This document shows positions 15,346 to 27,710 of a DNA stretch of 64,000 nt, in pieces; the stretch's first letter is position 1; each line of letters opens with the position of its first letter. The translations under genes were made by a program, and so were the position numbers. Under the pieces are notes generated by a model. It did not search any database, was not told where the DNA came from, and was given only the letters and a program-made list of their open reading frames with translations. The DNA is from the human T2T-CHM13v2.0 reference genome, Homo sapiens. The stretch is from assembly GCF_009914755.1 (NCBI RefSeq), contig NC_060930.1; one strand, 5' to 3'.

Positions 15346-17899
15346 ATCTTTATCCATACTGCTAGCACATGTTAATAGATGATATTACCATGAGAAAACA
15401 AGATAGGTCAATATCCCCTCACAGTGAAAGGCTTTGCAAGCCTCCTTCCTCCTTGGTAGCCCAGAGCGAGCCTTAACTTTTGCCAGGAGCCAGACCATGC
15501 CATGAATGATGGTGCTTCAGTCTTCCTAGGCCTGGAACATGTTGCTTAGTGGGAGGCAGGCTTCTTGTCTTCTTTTACTCCCATTTGGCAAGGACACCTC
15601 ATTATGTAAGACTACCACTGTTTATCTGCCCCATATTTATGATTTTTACAAGGGATATTCTAAGCTTTGGCAGATATGAGGGAACATTTTATAAGGCAAG
15701 GCTTGTAGTGGGCAAGACCTCAAATGAAATTTCTGTAGTATATCTAAATTACCTTTAAATTATTCATTTTAAGGTGATTTAATGCTTTTTTTTCCCCTGA
15801 TTGGTCATATTCATCAGGTTTAGATGAGAAGTAAGCTCTCTGGGCCAGGGTACTATTACTACATTGTAATTCCTAAGTTAAAAAGAAAAAAAATCAACAT
15901 TTAATTGACCCTGGAAACCTAACCAACCTAAAGAATATTTAAGTTTATCCCATCTTTGGCAAGTATTTCTAAAACCTCGGAATCAGAGCAGAACCTAACC
16001 TTTGGAAAGTCCTCTCTTCACTGGCCAACCTGAAACCTATAATATTGTTTTTAATGGCTTGTAGTTAACACCCCGATGGTTATGAATGGGAGATTTCATA
16101 AAGGTATGTTTGGGGAGATGCAGTGAAGTGCCAAGTGTCTACTAAGAATTACTTATTTATTCAAACATTATTTTATTGTTAGTTTCATTGGACATTTATA
16201 CCTAACAGTTGCTACATGAATCTGGAAATTAATAAAACAAAACCCCAACACAAAAGAGCAATCAGTTTACATGTCTTTCTTCTAAAAATGATTGAATGTC
16301 TCTGGGTATATAGGAACTATTTTATGAGCAGACAACGTGAATGGTCTATTTCCAAGGCCACCCAGTGTATTCTGCACTTTAATGTACATCTGATTTAAGT
16401 TGTCTCCACCTGACTAACATCTTTTAAAAAACGAGTAGTTTAGAATTGCTTCTCAGTTATGAGCTGGAAAGTAAATATTTTCACTTAAAGGAATTATAGC
16501 ATGTGAAAATAAATAAGTTTTAGAAGTACAATCAATTTTGATGCTTTCTGCAAGCCTGCCATACAATAAAGGTCAGTCTTTCAGAATTTTTAGAAAGCAC
16601 AAAGCCCTTTCATTTGTGATGAAATAAAGAGAGAAAAATGTCAACCTTCTATACATATATATGTTCCTGAAAACTCTGCAATAAATCTTCCCTTTTGTAA
16701 ATAAAAATCACAATTTAAGTATTTCCAAAGAGCTTTCTATTTGAAGGAATAACGTGGTCAACCCTCTTGTAAAGAATCACCTTTCAAGATACCTGTTACA
16801 TAAGACTGTTTTAGCAAAGCAGGATAAAGTTTTAGTATAAGGTTTTACTAATTTGCAATCACATAAAACAAAGCAATAAGCAGTAAATTCTATACATTTG
16901 CAATAACACAACTTATCAGAACAAATTAATTGTTTTTCTTGATGAAAGGTATAGAAAAAGAAACACATTCGAGAGGATTTGCAATTAACTTTTTCAAGGC
17001 ATAGTTATCAATAAGCCGGGAAAGCTAGAGGGATATGTAAAGTGGTACAGGAAAAGCAAAATCTTGGTTCAACACTGCTTTAGCCTACTAAAAGTTTTTG
17101 TGTGCGTAGCCTTCTCTCCATATAAAATTAGAAATATATTTGTCTTTTTGTAGCATCTCATGAAACACTTTCCAACCTTTGTGGAATTGTAAACTTCATT
17201 ATTACCATGATTTCCGTCTTTTCTCATTGCCTCTATCTCAATTTTTCTTCATAATACATTTGTGTTTTTCTTTTATGTAAGGATAAAAACAATTCTCAAA
17301 CTAATGAACTAGGCTAATAATGGTAGATTGAATAAAATCTAGTTGTCAGTTGATTATTTTTTGTGCCTACAAAATTTACATTATTTACACTATGTATATG
17401 TGTATATAAGTGTATATATATATACATAACTGTTACTTCAAAAAAGTCAGTTTATTGGTGAGTATTTTTTAGCAAAAATATTTTTAAATCTGATGTAATT
17501 TTTGTTAAATTCTAAAGTCTTAGCCCAAGAAGATGCAGTTTGCCATTTACTCAATTGATAGACATCTATGTTACATTTTTTCTTGCCAAGTTTTATACTG
17601 ATGATTGGAGATATCAAATCAATATGACATAAACTTTACAATTGTAGAGATTGATCTAATGGGAGGTGGAAGTAGGGGTGATGACAAAAACTAAAAATAT
17701 AAATAAATAACTAAACTGCAACGTTGAAGATATATACGCACATACATTGATAAAAGTTGTTGGAGATATAAGGCAAAGTTACAATCATAGATGCACAACT
17801 AGTTGATACATAATAATCAGTATTACATTGTCAAGGTCGAGGAAGAGGATGTGTATATTATGAGAATTCAAAATCCATAGTCACAAATCAAACATGAGC

Positions 17900-18720
17900 T
17901 ACCAATACAGTACCATGGTAAAAAAAATTTGTGATTCAGGAATATAAATGGAACAATTAGAAACCATGAGGTAATCCTTCCATGAGATAAACTTGGTAAG
18001 GCTTTTATTATTATTCGTTATAATGCTTTGTCCAGTTTTGGTTCTCACAACTTAAGTGAGATTTAGAGAACGTGAATGGGATACAAAGAGAAAAGAAATA
18101 TAGATATTTTTAAATATGGGAAAAGTCTGCCATTAAAAATATATGAAAGCGGCCGGGTGCAGTGGCTCACGCCTGTAATCCCAGCACTTTGAGAGGCCGA
18201 GGCAGGTTGATCACAAGGTCAGGAGTTCAAGACCAGCCTGCCCAAGATGGTGAAACCCCGTCTCTACTAAAAATACAAAAAAATTTAGCCAGGCGTGGTG
18301 GTGGGTGCCTGTAATCGCAGCTTCTCGGGAGGCAGTGGCAGAGAATTGCTTGAACCCAGGAGGTGGAGATTGCAGTGAGCCGAGATCTCACCACTGTACT
18401 CCAACCTGGGCGACAGAGCAAGACTCCATCTCAAAAAAAAAAAAAAAAGAAAGAAAAAAATATATAAATATATGAAAGCACGTATTATAGAAAATACCAA
18501 TTAGTTTTCCTTAATGTAACTGGAACCCAGAAAAGAAAACTTGGAGAGTTTAGATGGATGCAGAAGTTTATGCTAGTCATTAGAAAAAGTATTCTGAGAA
18601 TAAGAGTTGGGAGTGACTGGAGAAGCACACTAAGAATAATTAGAGTTGAGAAATAATCCTGGGAGAAAAGGCTAAAATGACAATGCTGTTTCAACTGGTG
18701 GAGAGAAAGTTATGTTTGGT
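17900..18720 (+). mobile_element. CR1/L3 relic interrupted by an Alu
   Basis: tgtccagttttggttctcacaacttaag resembles the CR1 3' region; very diverged, limits uncertain. Confidence 0.4.
18151..18466 (+). mobile_element. Alu (AluSg-like)
   Basis: Full dimer; TSD AATATATGAAAGC. Confidence 0.96.
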
Positions 18721-20139
18721 TCATATGACTAGAAAGACCAGAGGACAACTCATCTGTTGCCCTGTCTTCTCCTCCCTGCTAATTACAACATTACAGTGAT
18801 GTATATGATAATGAGGCAATTTTACACTGAATCCAGATATATCCCATTTAGACAAACATGAATTAAGGGTTCCAAGTTCCATATTTTCCTTAATGGTAGA
18901 AATGTGGGAGTTAGGGGTGAAGTGGGCAGTTTCATTTGTGCTTTAGTGAGAGATTCAGCATGTCTCAGTGATGATGAAGCTACAGCCTGTTCATATTGCT
19001 TCTCTGTTTACACTGGACCTGGGAGGGATAGGACAGGAACCGGGAGGTCTTGTCATGGCTGATCAGGAGAGTGGGTTGGCCTTATTACTTAGTGCTTTCT
19101 ATTCCTCACTGGTCTTTTTCCCAACAACAAGAGATAAGCCTGACTTATGCTGGGAAAACAGGAGGTTTTGAAAGAGGAAGGTTCTTACTTAAAATGGACT
19201 CAATAAATGTTAATAAAAATTGATTAACAAAAAATGAGATATTTTGGGAATGAGTAGTCATTTTTCACACACTGAGAGACAGACTATACCAAGTCTATAG
19301 AAGAAAGTGTATTAACCTCAAGTGAGAACTTTCTATAACTAAGGATTTTGAGAAAAATGAGAATAAATTTATAAAAGATATTGTAAAATCTATTTTTCAA
19401 GAAACAATAATTAGAATAAAAGAAAAATCTACTTAAATGGTTTAAACGTATCCTCATACATTCAATCCTTTATAAATTACTGGAGCTCGCGGAGTAAATC
19501 TAATGCTCTAAATAGGGCTGGATCTAAGACATCAGTCTATTACAGAGATCCTGCCCCATCTTACAGGGATGGGCGGACATCACTCAGCACCTGGGCTTAA
19601 GGCCCTGAAGGAACACTGGTTCAGGGTTGCCTGATCTTTGAAAACTGGAACCTGAAACTTGGAAATCAGAATTTTTATTTAAAATATGACTTAAAAAATT
19701 CAGATTAAAATAAAAGCACAATATGGGTCATATTAAAGATGTTTACTGGGGTCAAGTAAGGCTTGTAAGGTTACCCATTTGTGATTTCTAGTTTAGACTT
19801 GTTTCTATTTCAAAGGAGGAGGCTTGAGTACATGGACCCTCATAGGACCTTGCAGCCAGATATATTTCCAGGATCAAGGACTCTTCTAAAGTTTTCTACA
19901 TCTTGACACATCATCAGCACTAGTCTTTTTTTTTTTTTTTTTTTCTTTTTCACATATGTAACTGCTGGGCAAGAAAGAAAAGAGAAGTTTGGTGCCAGTT
20001 TTCATGGGCCAGAGCTGGTTTTCCTTCACACTTGCACCATGATCTGGCATCAGAGCAGAAATCTTGTGAGGAGGGTGAGCAAATGGAGTCATAATTCCAG
20101 GGAGTAAGTTGGATCCTACCTTAGAAAAATGCCCAGATA

Positions 20140-20470
20140 AGCCTGGGCACAGTGGTTCATGCCTGTAATCCCAGCTCTTTGGGAGGTCGAGGTGGGTGGA
20201 TTGTTGGAGCCCAGGAGTTTGAGACCAGCCTGGGCAACATAGCAAAACCCTGTCTCTACAAAAAATACAAAAATTAGCTGGGGGTGGTTGCGCACGTCTG
20301 TAACCTCAGCTACCTGGGAGGCTGAGGCATGGGAATTGCTCAAACTGGGGAGGCAGAGGTTGCAGTGAGCAGAGATTGTGCCACTGCACTATAGTCTAGA
20401 TGACAAAATGAGACTCTATCTCAGAAAAAAAAGAAGAGAAAAGAAAAACAAAACAAACAAACAAAAAAAC
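20140..20470 (+). mobile_element. Alu (AluJb-like)
   Basis: Full dimer with mixed A-rich tail. Confidence 0.94.
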
Positions 20471-21623
20471 AGCCCAAAAAGTCTTGATTGCAGTCAGGAG
20501 GCTGGATTAAATGGTTCCTGGAATCTCATTCCAGGCTGATTGCATGGTTCTCAGACATTTTTGGTGATGTGTTTTATTCTCCCTCAGTATGAATATTAAC
20601 CCCTACCGTCAATAGAGCTTTGAAAAGCTTCTCTATTGAAGGTGGGGGATAATCATACTGGGGGAGAATAATGGCTATTATAAAAGCTTCTCTTCTGCCT
20701 TCAGAAAAAGAGTTACTCTTTTTTCTTCCCAGAGCCTTGAAAAATGAATACAAAGAAACTTTGCAACTTCTTCTAAGTGAACAGTAAACCTTGAGTGTTT
20801 TGTCTATGGATTTTTAAAATCATTGGATTGACTAACATTCTCAAATGATGCAAGTCTCTACCACTAAAGTTTTAATTCAAACCTAAAATGCTGCCATTAT
20901 TTTGGGTAATGATATATAATTAAGTCTGCCGACTGTGTTCTCATGCTTTTCTATCAGTGATTCATGGCTGCTGTCACAAAGCAGCAGCATATCGGAGCTT
21001 ATTTTGTCAAAGCCTTTGTTTGAAATACTCAGCAAACAGGGTTTTCTTGATTTATCAGATCGTCAAGGTGGTTCACGTGCTTTTGTGAAAACCTGAGTCT
21101 CTGCCAGGTCCATTTATATTCACTGCAACCTTTTTTTTTTTCTAGAAATGTTTATGATGTTACCATAAAATTGAATAAAAAGCTAAGTCTAGTTTTCAGC
21201 TAAGCATGTTGACTACTGTATATTCCATAAAGCAAGGTTGAAAAAGAAAACGGGTTATGGGATCTAATATCTTACCTTTTCCAAAGATTATCTGTTGGTA
21301 TCCTGTTACTGTCACTCATTAGAGGATAAATACCTGGAGTGACTTGCTTCTGAGGAGCTGCTCTTCCCAACACTTTTACAACTGAAGATTCTAATAGCAT
21401 ATGCCAGTTTCTCCTCACATAAACTGTTGGAATAATGAATGTCTATTTTTTGGGTAGTAAGCTAATGCAGCAGACTAGCAGAAGTCAAGAACAAAAGCTT
21501 GACTCCAGCGTTTTCCATAGCAGCAATTGGACCTCTGGAGGTGACTGCAAACCAGACGACTTGTTCCATAAAGAATGGATTTACTAGCTTAGATCCTTAG
21601 AGCTGGGTAAAAAGAAACCTAGG

Positions 21624-21905
21624 TGTAATCCTAGCACTTTGGGAGGCCAAGGGGGGCAGATCATCTGAGGTCAGGAGTTCAAGACCAGCCAGGCCAACAT
21701 GGCGAAACCACGTCTGTACTAAAAATACAAAACTTAGCCACGAGTGGTCGTGGGCACCTGTAATCCCAGCTACTCAGGAGGCTGAGGCAGGGAGAATTGC
21801 TTGAACCCGGGAGGTGGAGGTTGAAGTGAGCCAAGATCGCGCCACTGCACTCCAGTCTGGGCGACAGAGTGAGACTCCGTCTTAAAAAACAAACAAACAA
21901 ACAAA
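21624..21905 (+). mobile_element. Alu (AluS), 5'-truncated by about 20-25 nt
   Basis: Begins at tgtaatcc; TSD AAACCTAGGT at 21615-21624 and 21906-21915. Confidence 0.95.
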
Positions 21906-22999
21906 AAACCTAGGTAAATTTCAGATAACACAAATAGTTTAAAGGGTAATTTGACCCCTCACAATTTAATGTAGTAGCATACAGGGGAAAAAAAGAAAAG
22001 AAAAGAAAAGAAAAAACAACAACAACAAAACACCAGGAAAATAACTTTGCTTTTTTCAAAAAAAAAAAAACTTTTCACCTTCAAAAAGTTCTTTCTGGCC
22101 ATTCGATACGTATCTCACAAAACACAGCTGCTTTTCAAAAGTATTGTTAGGGGCTAGAAAGAGGTGTTTGTTTTAATAGATCTAAGAGTAGAATATAAAA
22201 AGGGAAGGAGTAGGAATTCGAGTGGTTTTTCACTTGAGAAAAAAAAATTTCATCATGAAAGAGGGATCTGTTTTCTCTAGACCCTGGATAATTTCTGTCA
22301 GCTTTGGCTTGACTTTTATAATGAATACTTTAAACCCAAATTACAAGTTTAAATGAAGAGCTCTTAATCTAAAATTCTTTTAGTCCCAGCTAGAAATAAT
22401 TTCAGGGATTCATGTGATGTTGAAATTACTAGTCATATGTTTTATTATGGTTAATCACAGCCACTATTAAAAGAAAGGTAATAATACATGTTTTCGTCTG
22501 CTAAGGTCAGCTGGTGAAACTGCAGTTCTTACACAGTTCTCACACAGCTGCAATGTTCTCACTAATTATCTAACCATCAGGACAAAGACTTGCTAGAGCC
22601 AGGCAGGTCAGGACAGCTCCTGTTGTAGGGTTCCCACTCGAAATAAGAGTTTTATAGACAATGTGACCTATTTATCATTAAATATGCTGACTTATTATAA
22701 TTGCTGCCAGTTTTGAGAGTCAGTGTTATTATTCCTCTGTTTGAATAACTGCTCTTAATTGAAATACAGGTAACAAATTCTCAGGGACGGGAAATAATAT
22801 TCATGAGTTTTCTCCTCTAATTCTTTCTTTTATTACCTTTTAGTTGCACATATTAACACATTTATTACTGTCACTGAGTTAATGCTTGCATTTTGAGAAC
22901 ACTCAAGTATTACTTGCATTTTATATTTGAATAAAACAAGATACTACAAAATCAAATGATACCATGTAAATAGAACTAATTCAGTGGCATAAATTACTT

Positions 23000-23275
23000 T
23001 GTTTTTCTTTTTTTGAGATCTCCTCTTGCTCTGTCGCCAGGCTGGAGAGCAGTGGCACGATCTCCGCTCCCTGGGTTCAAGCGATTCCCCTGCTCAGCCT
23101 TCCAAGTAGCTGGGACTACGGGTGTGCACCACCATCCCTGAGTAATTTTTTGTATTTTAGTAGAGACGGGGTTTCACCATGTTGGCCAGGATGGTCTCGA
23201 TCTCCTGACCTCGTGATCCACCAACCTCGGCCTCCCAAAGTGCTGGGATTACAGCGTGAGCCACCACGCCAGGCC
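23000..23275 (-). mobile_element. Alu (AluSc-like) with a short internal deletion
   Basis: tgtcgccagg and ctgacctcgtgatcc diagnostics; TSD AATTACTTTGTTTTTCT. Confidence 0.94.
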
Positions 23276-23419
23276 CAATTACTTTGTTTTTCTAGCTGAC
23301 TTATCTTGGCTGTGTGTAGTTCACCTTTCATCCTAATACTGCATTTTCATATGTCCAAAGATAGTGGTTTTTGAAAAAGCATTGTGGGGAAGAAAAGCAA
23401 ATTCATTACCAGTGTGTGT

Positions 23420-24790
23420 TCATGCCAGTGCCCCTTCTATGATAAAAGGGATTCTGTGTAATCAATCTGCCACCAGGTGGCTGGCCGATCCCCTCCAGGA
23501 AATGGTGCCATATTGGGGATTCAGTGTTGGTCTTTGCTGCTGTCAAATTGAGCATTCATCAGTGATTTTAGCTGGATCAGCCTTAGTGAATGGCATTCCA
23601 TATTGCTGAGCCCATGCATAATCTCCATCCCTATTGCAATAAGTTCTTTTGGGTGATCCCATTGGTTAAGTACTTGCATTTTGAGCTCTGTTGGTCTACA
23701 GGTCTTAGTTACCAAGGGGGATCCTCTGATTGGAGCTGCAGTTGGTTCACTTTCAGGTAAAGCCAGCTGGTCATGCAGAACCATCTGTAACTCAGGTCCC
23801 CATCTTTTCTTTCCCAATTAGCTGGTCATAGAAAACTTCCCTTAAGGACGTAGGTGCAGTTTGAGAGAAAGAAGGCTATGCTTCAGAAATGTGGGTTATG
23901 AGTATTTGTTTTACTTGCTCATGCAACTTCCTTGTGTCTTCAGGACCTCATCAAGGCAGATCTTGTGCGTACCACTTTTATTTGATTATGTAGTATTGTT
24001 ATGTATATCCAGCCTTATGGCTTAGCAGGCCATAAAGGACATGATGTGCATGCAGGTCACATAGTAAGTTAGTGGCCCATTTTTAAGGGTTCAGTCTCTA
24101 CTAAGGTTTAGTAGCAAGTGAGAATTTAGTTTTGTAAAAGAGGAGTAGTAGTAGTCTCCTACTAAAGGTGGCATAGCTTTGCTACCAAATCCTAACAGTT
24201 TGTGCTGTAATCCATTTATGAGAGACTGTCAAAGGCTCCATCCATACAAAAATCCTTGTCCATCACTGATGCTTTAAGTACCTTTAGATCTGTAAGGTCA
24301 TAGAATCTAAGTGCACTGCAGCTTGCATGGCAGCCTGGGCCTGTTGCAAAGCCTTCTTCTGTTCTGGGCCTCCCTAAACACTGGCAGCTTTGCAGGTTGC
24401 TCCGTAAATGGGTTGTACTTGTACTCCCAAATGAGGTGTATGTTGCCTTCAAAATCTAAAGTGGTCCACTGGCATTGTGACTCTTTTTTAATGGTAGAAG
24501 GATCCAGACACAGCAACTTGTAATTCCTTTTGGAAGAGATGTGTCCCAGACAACTCAACCCCGGAAATCTCACTGAATTTTTGTAGGATGCATTTCTCAC
24601 CTGCTGGCACAGAATTGTCCCACCATTATGTCTGGTATCATTGTCACTTCCTGCTTACTAGATCCAATTGGCACGATAGCATCAAATGTAATAAACTAGA
24701 GTGACATGAGAAGTGATCAAGATTCCTTATACAAAGCTGAAAAGGTGATGTAGCCCTGAGTTAGGAAAGTGATGGTGTATAGCTAATCCC
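23420..24790 (-). mobile_element. ERVL-class internal (pol) remnant
   Basis: Minus-strand translation gives degenerate RT (YKLLCLDPSTIKKESQ, compare HERV-L DKLLHLAPPTTKKEAQ; a QGYI motif) and integrase N-terminal sequence; many stops and frameshifts. Confidence 0.8.
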
Positions 24791-24799
24791 ATCACTACC

Positions 24800-25155
24800 T
24801 CTGAGCTTCCAGCTTCCATTAACGAGGCATCCTGCAGGAGAAGCTGGATTCCTTCAATATGCACCTAGCTCAGGATTTAAAGAAGCTGAAGCAGGAGGCC
24901 CAGCAGGAGCTGGAGATGCTGTTGGCCTAGCTCCTGCCCCTGCCAATCGGTAAGCCAGCAGAAAAGTACAGATGTGCATAAGATGCATCAGGCCCTGCGC
25001 TGGCCTGAGTGTAAAGTAATATGGTCAATCTTTCACTTCAGGCTTCATTTGCAAGATGCTTCCTGTGGATCATGCTAAATAAGATATGCAGGGAAGAAGA
25101 TTCTGGGAAATGTAGTTCCAGTTTAGCTACGTTGATATAAATCGGACTTATCACA
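24800..25155 (-). mobile_element. ERVL-type LTR (LTR33/LTR16-like)
   Basis: ttctgggaaatgtagttccagtttagcta...ttatcaca terminus typical of ancient ERVL LTRs. Confidence 0.55.
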
Positions 25156-25395
25156 TCAGGATAGCTTTGATCCCAGATGTAGACAGGACAAAAGCCTTTC
25201 AGAGAAAAAAAAACCTCCCCTGAATTCCTGAAACAATGAACATGCCTATGAAGAGTAGAAAGCTCAACAAGGATTTCTTCCCATCTGCTTCATCAATAAA
25301 AAAAAGAAAGAATTACTATGATGGGCTGGTGAAGTCTGCGAAATACTACATTTGTGGGTTGAATGCCAAGAAGAGCAGGAGAAACAGTTGAAGAC

Positions 25396-25462
25396 AGAAG
25401 AGAAAAAAAAAGAAAGAGAAAGAAAGAAAAGAAAAAGAAAAGGAAAGAAAAGAAAAGAAAGC
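25396..25462. repeat. Purine-rich (GAAAA)-like low-complexity tract
   Basis: Almost pure A/G run. Confidence 0.85.
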
Positions 25463-25709
25463 AAAGCTGAGAAGCTATGTGATGGAGGTAACAAGCAGAG
25501 GTTAGTTTCCAGCAGAAGCAAGCAATGGTGATGAATAAAGCAACGGTGATGAATATGCAACACCTGTCAACAGAGAGGAGTGGCAGTGACCAAAAAGGGA
25601 AAAAAAGCAGCTTCTCTCTGGCTAGGAATATGTTTATCAGCCCTCAACTGAATGCTTCTAAAAATACTGGCATATGGAAACCCCATTCTTGCACATTAAA
25701 ACAGGCAGA

Positions 25710-26220
25710 GACCAGATATGCATTGTCTCTTGCCTGCACTCTTAGCACTTTGGGAGGCCAAGACACATGGATCGTTTGAGTCCAGGAGTTCAAGAGCAGT
25801 CTGGACAATATGGTGAAACCCTGTCTCTACAAAACAAACAAACAAACAAAAACCCCCCAAAAACATAAAACAAAACAAGAAAATTTAAAAAAGCAAAAAC
25901 AGGGAGAGGGTGGGGTGAGGTGGTGCATACCTGTAATCCTCACTTCGAGAGGTTGAGGCAGGAGGATGGCTTGAGCTCAGGAGTTCAAGGCCAGCCTCAG
26001 CAAAACAGCAAGACTCTACAAAAGATACTCTGAAAATGTCTCTATGAAAAAAAAAAAAGCCAGGCATGATAGCACATACCTGTAGTCCCACTTATTCAGA
26101 GGCTGAGGTAGGAGGACCACTTGAGCTCAGAAATTCAAGGCTGCAGTGAACATGATCTCTGCACTCCAGCCTGGGCAAGAAGGCAAGACCCTGTCTCATA
26201 AAAATCAATCAATAAATAAG
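25710..26220 (+). mobile_element. Three-monomer Alu composite (AluJ plus an extra monomer)
   Basis: Left monomer, extra monomer and right monomer enclosed by TSD AAAACAGGCAGA at 25698-25709 and 26221-26232. Confidence 0.85.
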
Positions 26221-26342
26221 AAAACAGGCAGAAGTTAGGCAGCAAAGGGCCCCCAAGGAACAGTATTCAGGATCTTTGTCCAACATAAGAGGCACTAAAT
26301 AAGATAGCTAATCTAAACTTTTTATAAAACGTACTTGTAAAA

Positions 26343-26643
26343 GGCCAGGTGCGGTGGCTCACACCTGTAATTTCAGCACTTGCCAGGCTGAGGCAAGAGG
26401 ATCACTTGAGCCCAGGAGTTTGAGATCAGTCTGGGCAACATAGTGAGACTTCATCTTTACAAAAATTAAAAAATTAGCTGGGTGTGGTGGCTTACATCTT
26501 CAGTTCCAGCTACTTGGGAGACTGAGGCAGGAAGATCTCTTGAGCCCAGAAGATCAAGGTGCAGTGAGCTGTGATCTTACCACTGCACTCCAGCCTGGGT
26601 AGCAGAGTTAGACTGTGTCTCAGAAAAAAATAAAAAAATAAAA
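26343..26643 (+). mobile_element. Alu (AluJ)
   Basis: Full dimer; GTACTTG on both flanks. Confidence 0.94.
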
Positions 26644-27107
26644 GTACTTGAAAACTATTCCTTCCTTAATACTTCCAGTTAAAATATTTTAATTAAATTT
26701 GGTCTAATTTTAATATTTATTTTTATATTTTAATAATAGCTATCATTAATTTAACCCATTATTGTCAAAAACTTGGATGTAACTATATATGTAACACTAT
26801 AAATGCTATTTAAAGTGCTGGATAGAATGGCTTTTACTGACTCTTCTGGTCCTATTTTAAGACAAACTCTCAGAAACTTAAGTGGGGAATTTGTACATCA
26901 TGCAGCAAACTTAGTGTATCTCTTTCAAAAAGTCCAAAGAACTCACAAAACATTTTAATGATTTATGTGATATACAGGTAATAATTCTTACTAACTGCTA
27001 GATATAGGATACTTTAAAGATGATTATGAAGTCTGAATCTTTTAATTCAAAGAAAAATCCTGCAAAAACCACCAGTAACACTGTAAACCCCTTTATAGAA
27101 AATTATC

Positions 27108-27131
27108 TTTTTTTTTTTTTTTTTTTTTTTT
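27108..27131. repeat. (T)24 mononucleotide run
   Basis: Pure T run with no adjoining Alu or L1 body. Confidence 0.95.
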
Positions 27132-27184
27132 CCAGATTTTGTCTTTGGTCAATGCTCATGAGACGATTAGAGAAAAATGGGTAG

Positions 27185-27378
27185 GATATACCAAAGTTCT
27201 GATCTTAGTCACCCATGAGTTGTGGAACTTTTGGCAAGCTTCTTAACTTCTTTTAATTCTATTTTCTTTATCTATTACATAAAGAATCCAATAGTTAGCT
27301 CATAAGGTGTTATGAAGATTAAATTAAGTATATATGTTGACTTACAGACATGCAATACATTTTAGATGCTATTATTAA
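27185..27378 (+). mobile_element. MIR fragment
   Basis: ttggcaagcttcttaacttc...ctcataaggtgttatgaagattaaat. Confidence 0.6.
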
Positions 27379-27398
27379 CAGCAGATGATAAGAATCTT

Positions 27399-27710
27399 GG
27401 CCAGGTGCAGTTGCTCACGCTTGTCATCCCAGCACTTTGGGAGGCTGAGGCAGGCAGAAAACTTGAGGTCAGGAGTTCAAGACCTGGTCAACATGGTCGA
27501 TATGGCAAAACCCTGTTTCTACTAAAAAAATACAAAAATTAGCTGGATGTGGTGGCGCATGCCTGTAGTCCCAGCTACTCGGGAGGTTGAGGCACAAGAA
27601 TCACTTGAACCAAGGACGCAGAGGTTGCACAGTGAACTGAGATCACACCGTTGCACTCCAGCCTGGGCAACAGAGTGAGACTCTATCTCAAAAAAAAAAA
27701 AAAAAAAAAA
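27399..27710 (+). mobile_element. Alu (AluSz-like)
   Basis: Full dimer with long A tail. Confidence 0.95.

Noticed and set aside
21271-21440. Possible 148-nt minus-strand exon (AAG|GTAAGA donor, one open frame)
   Set aside because: The acceptor is modest, the peptide is unrecognisable and there are no partner exons; such matches are expected by chance.
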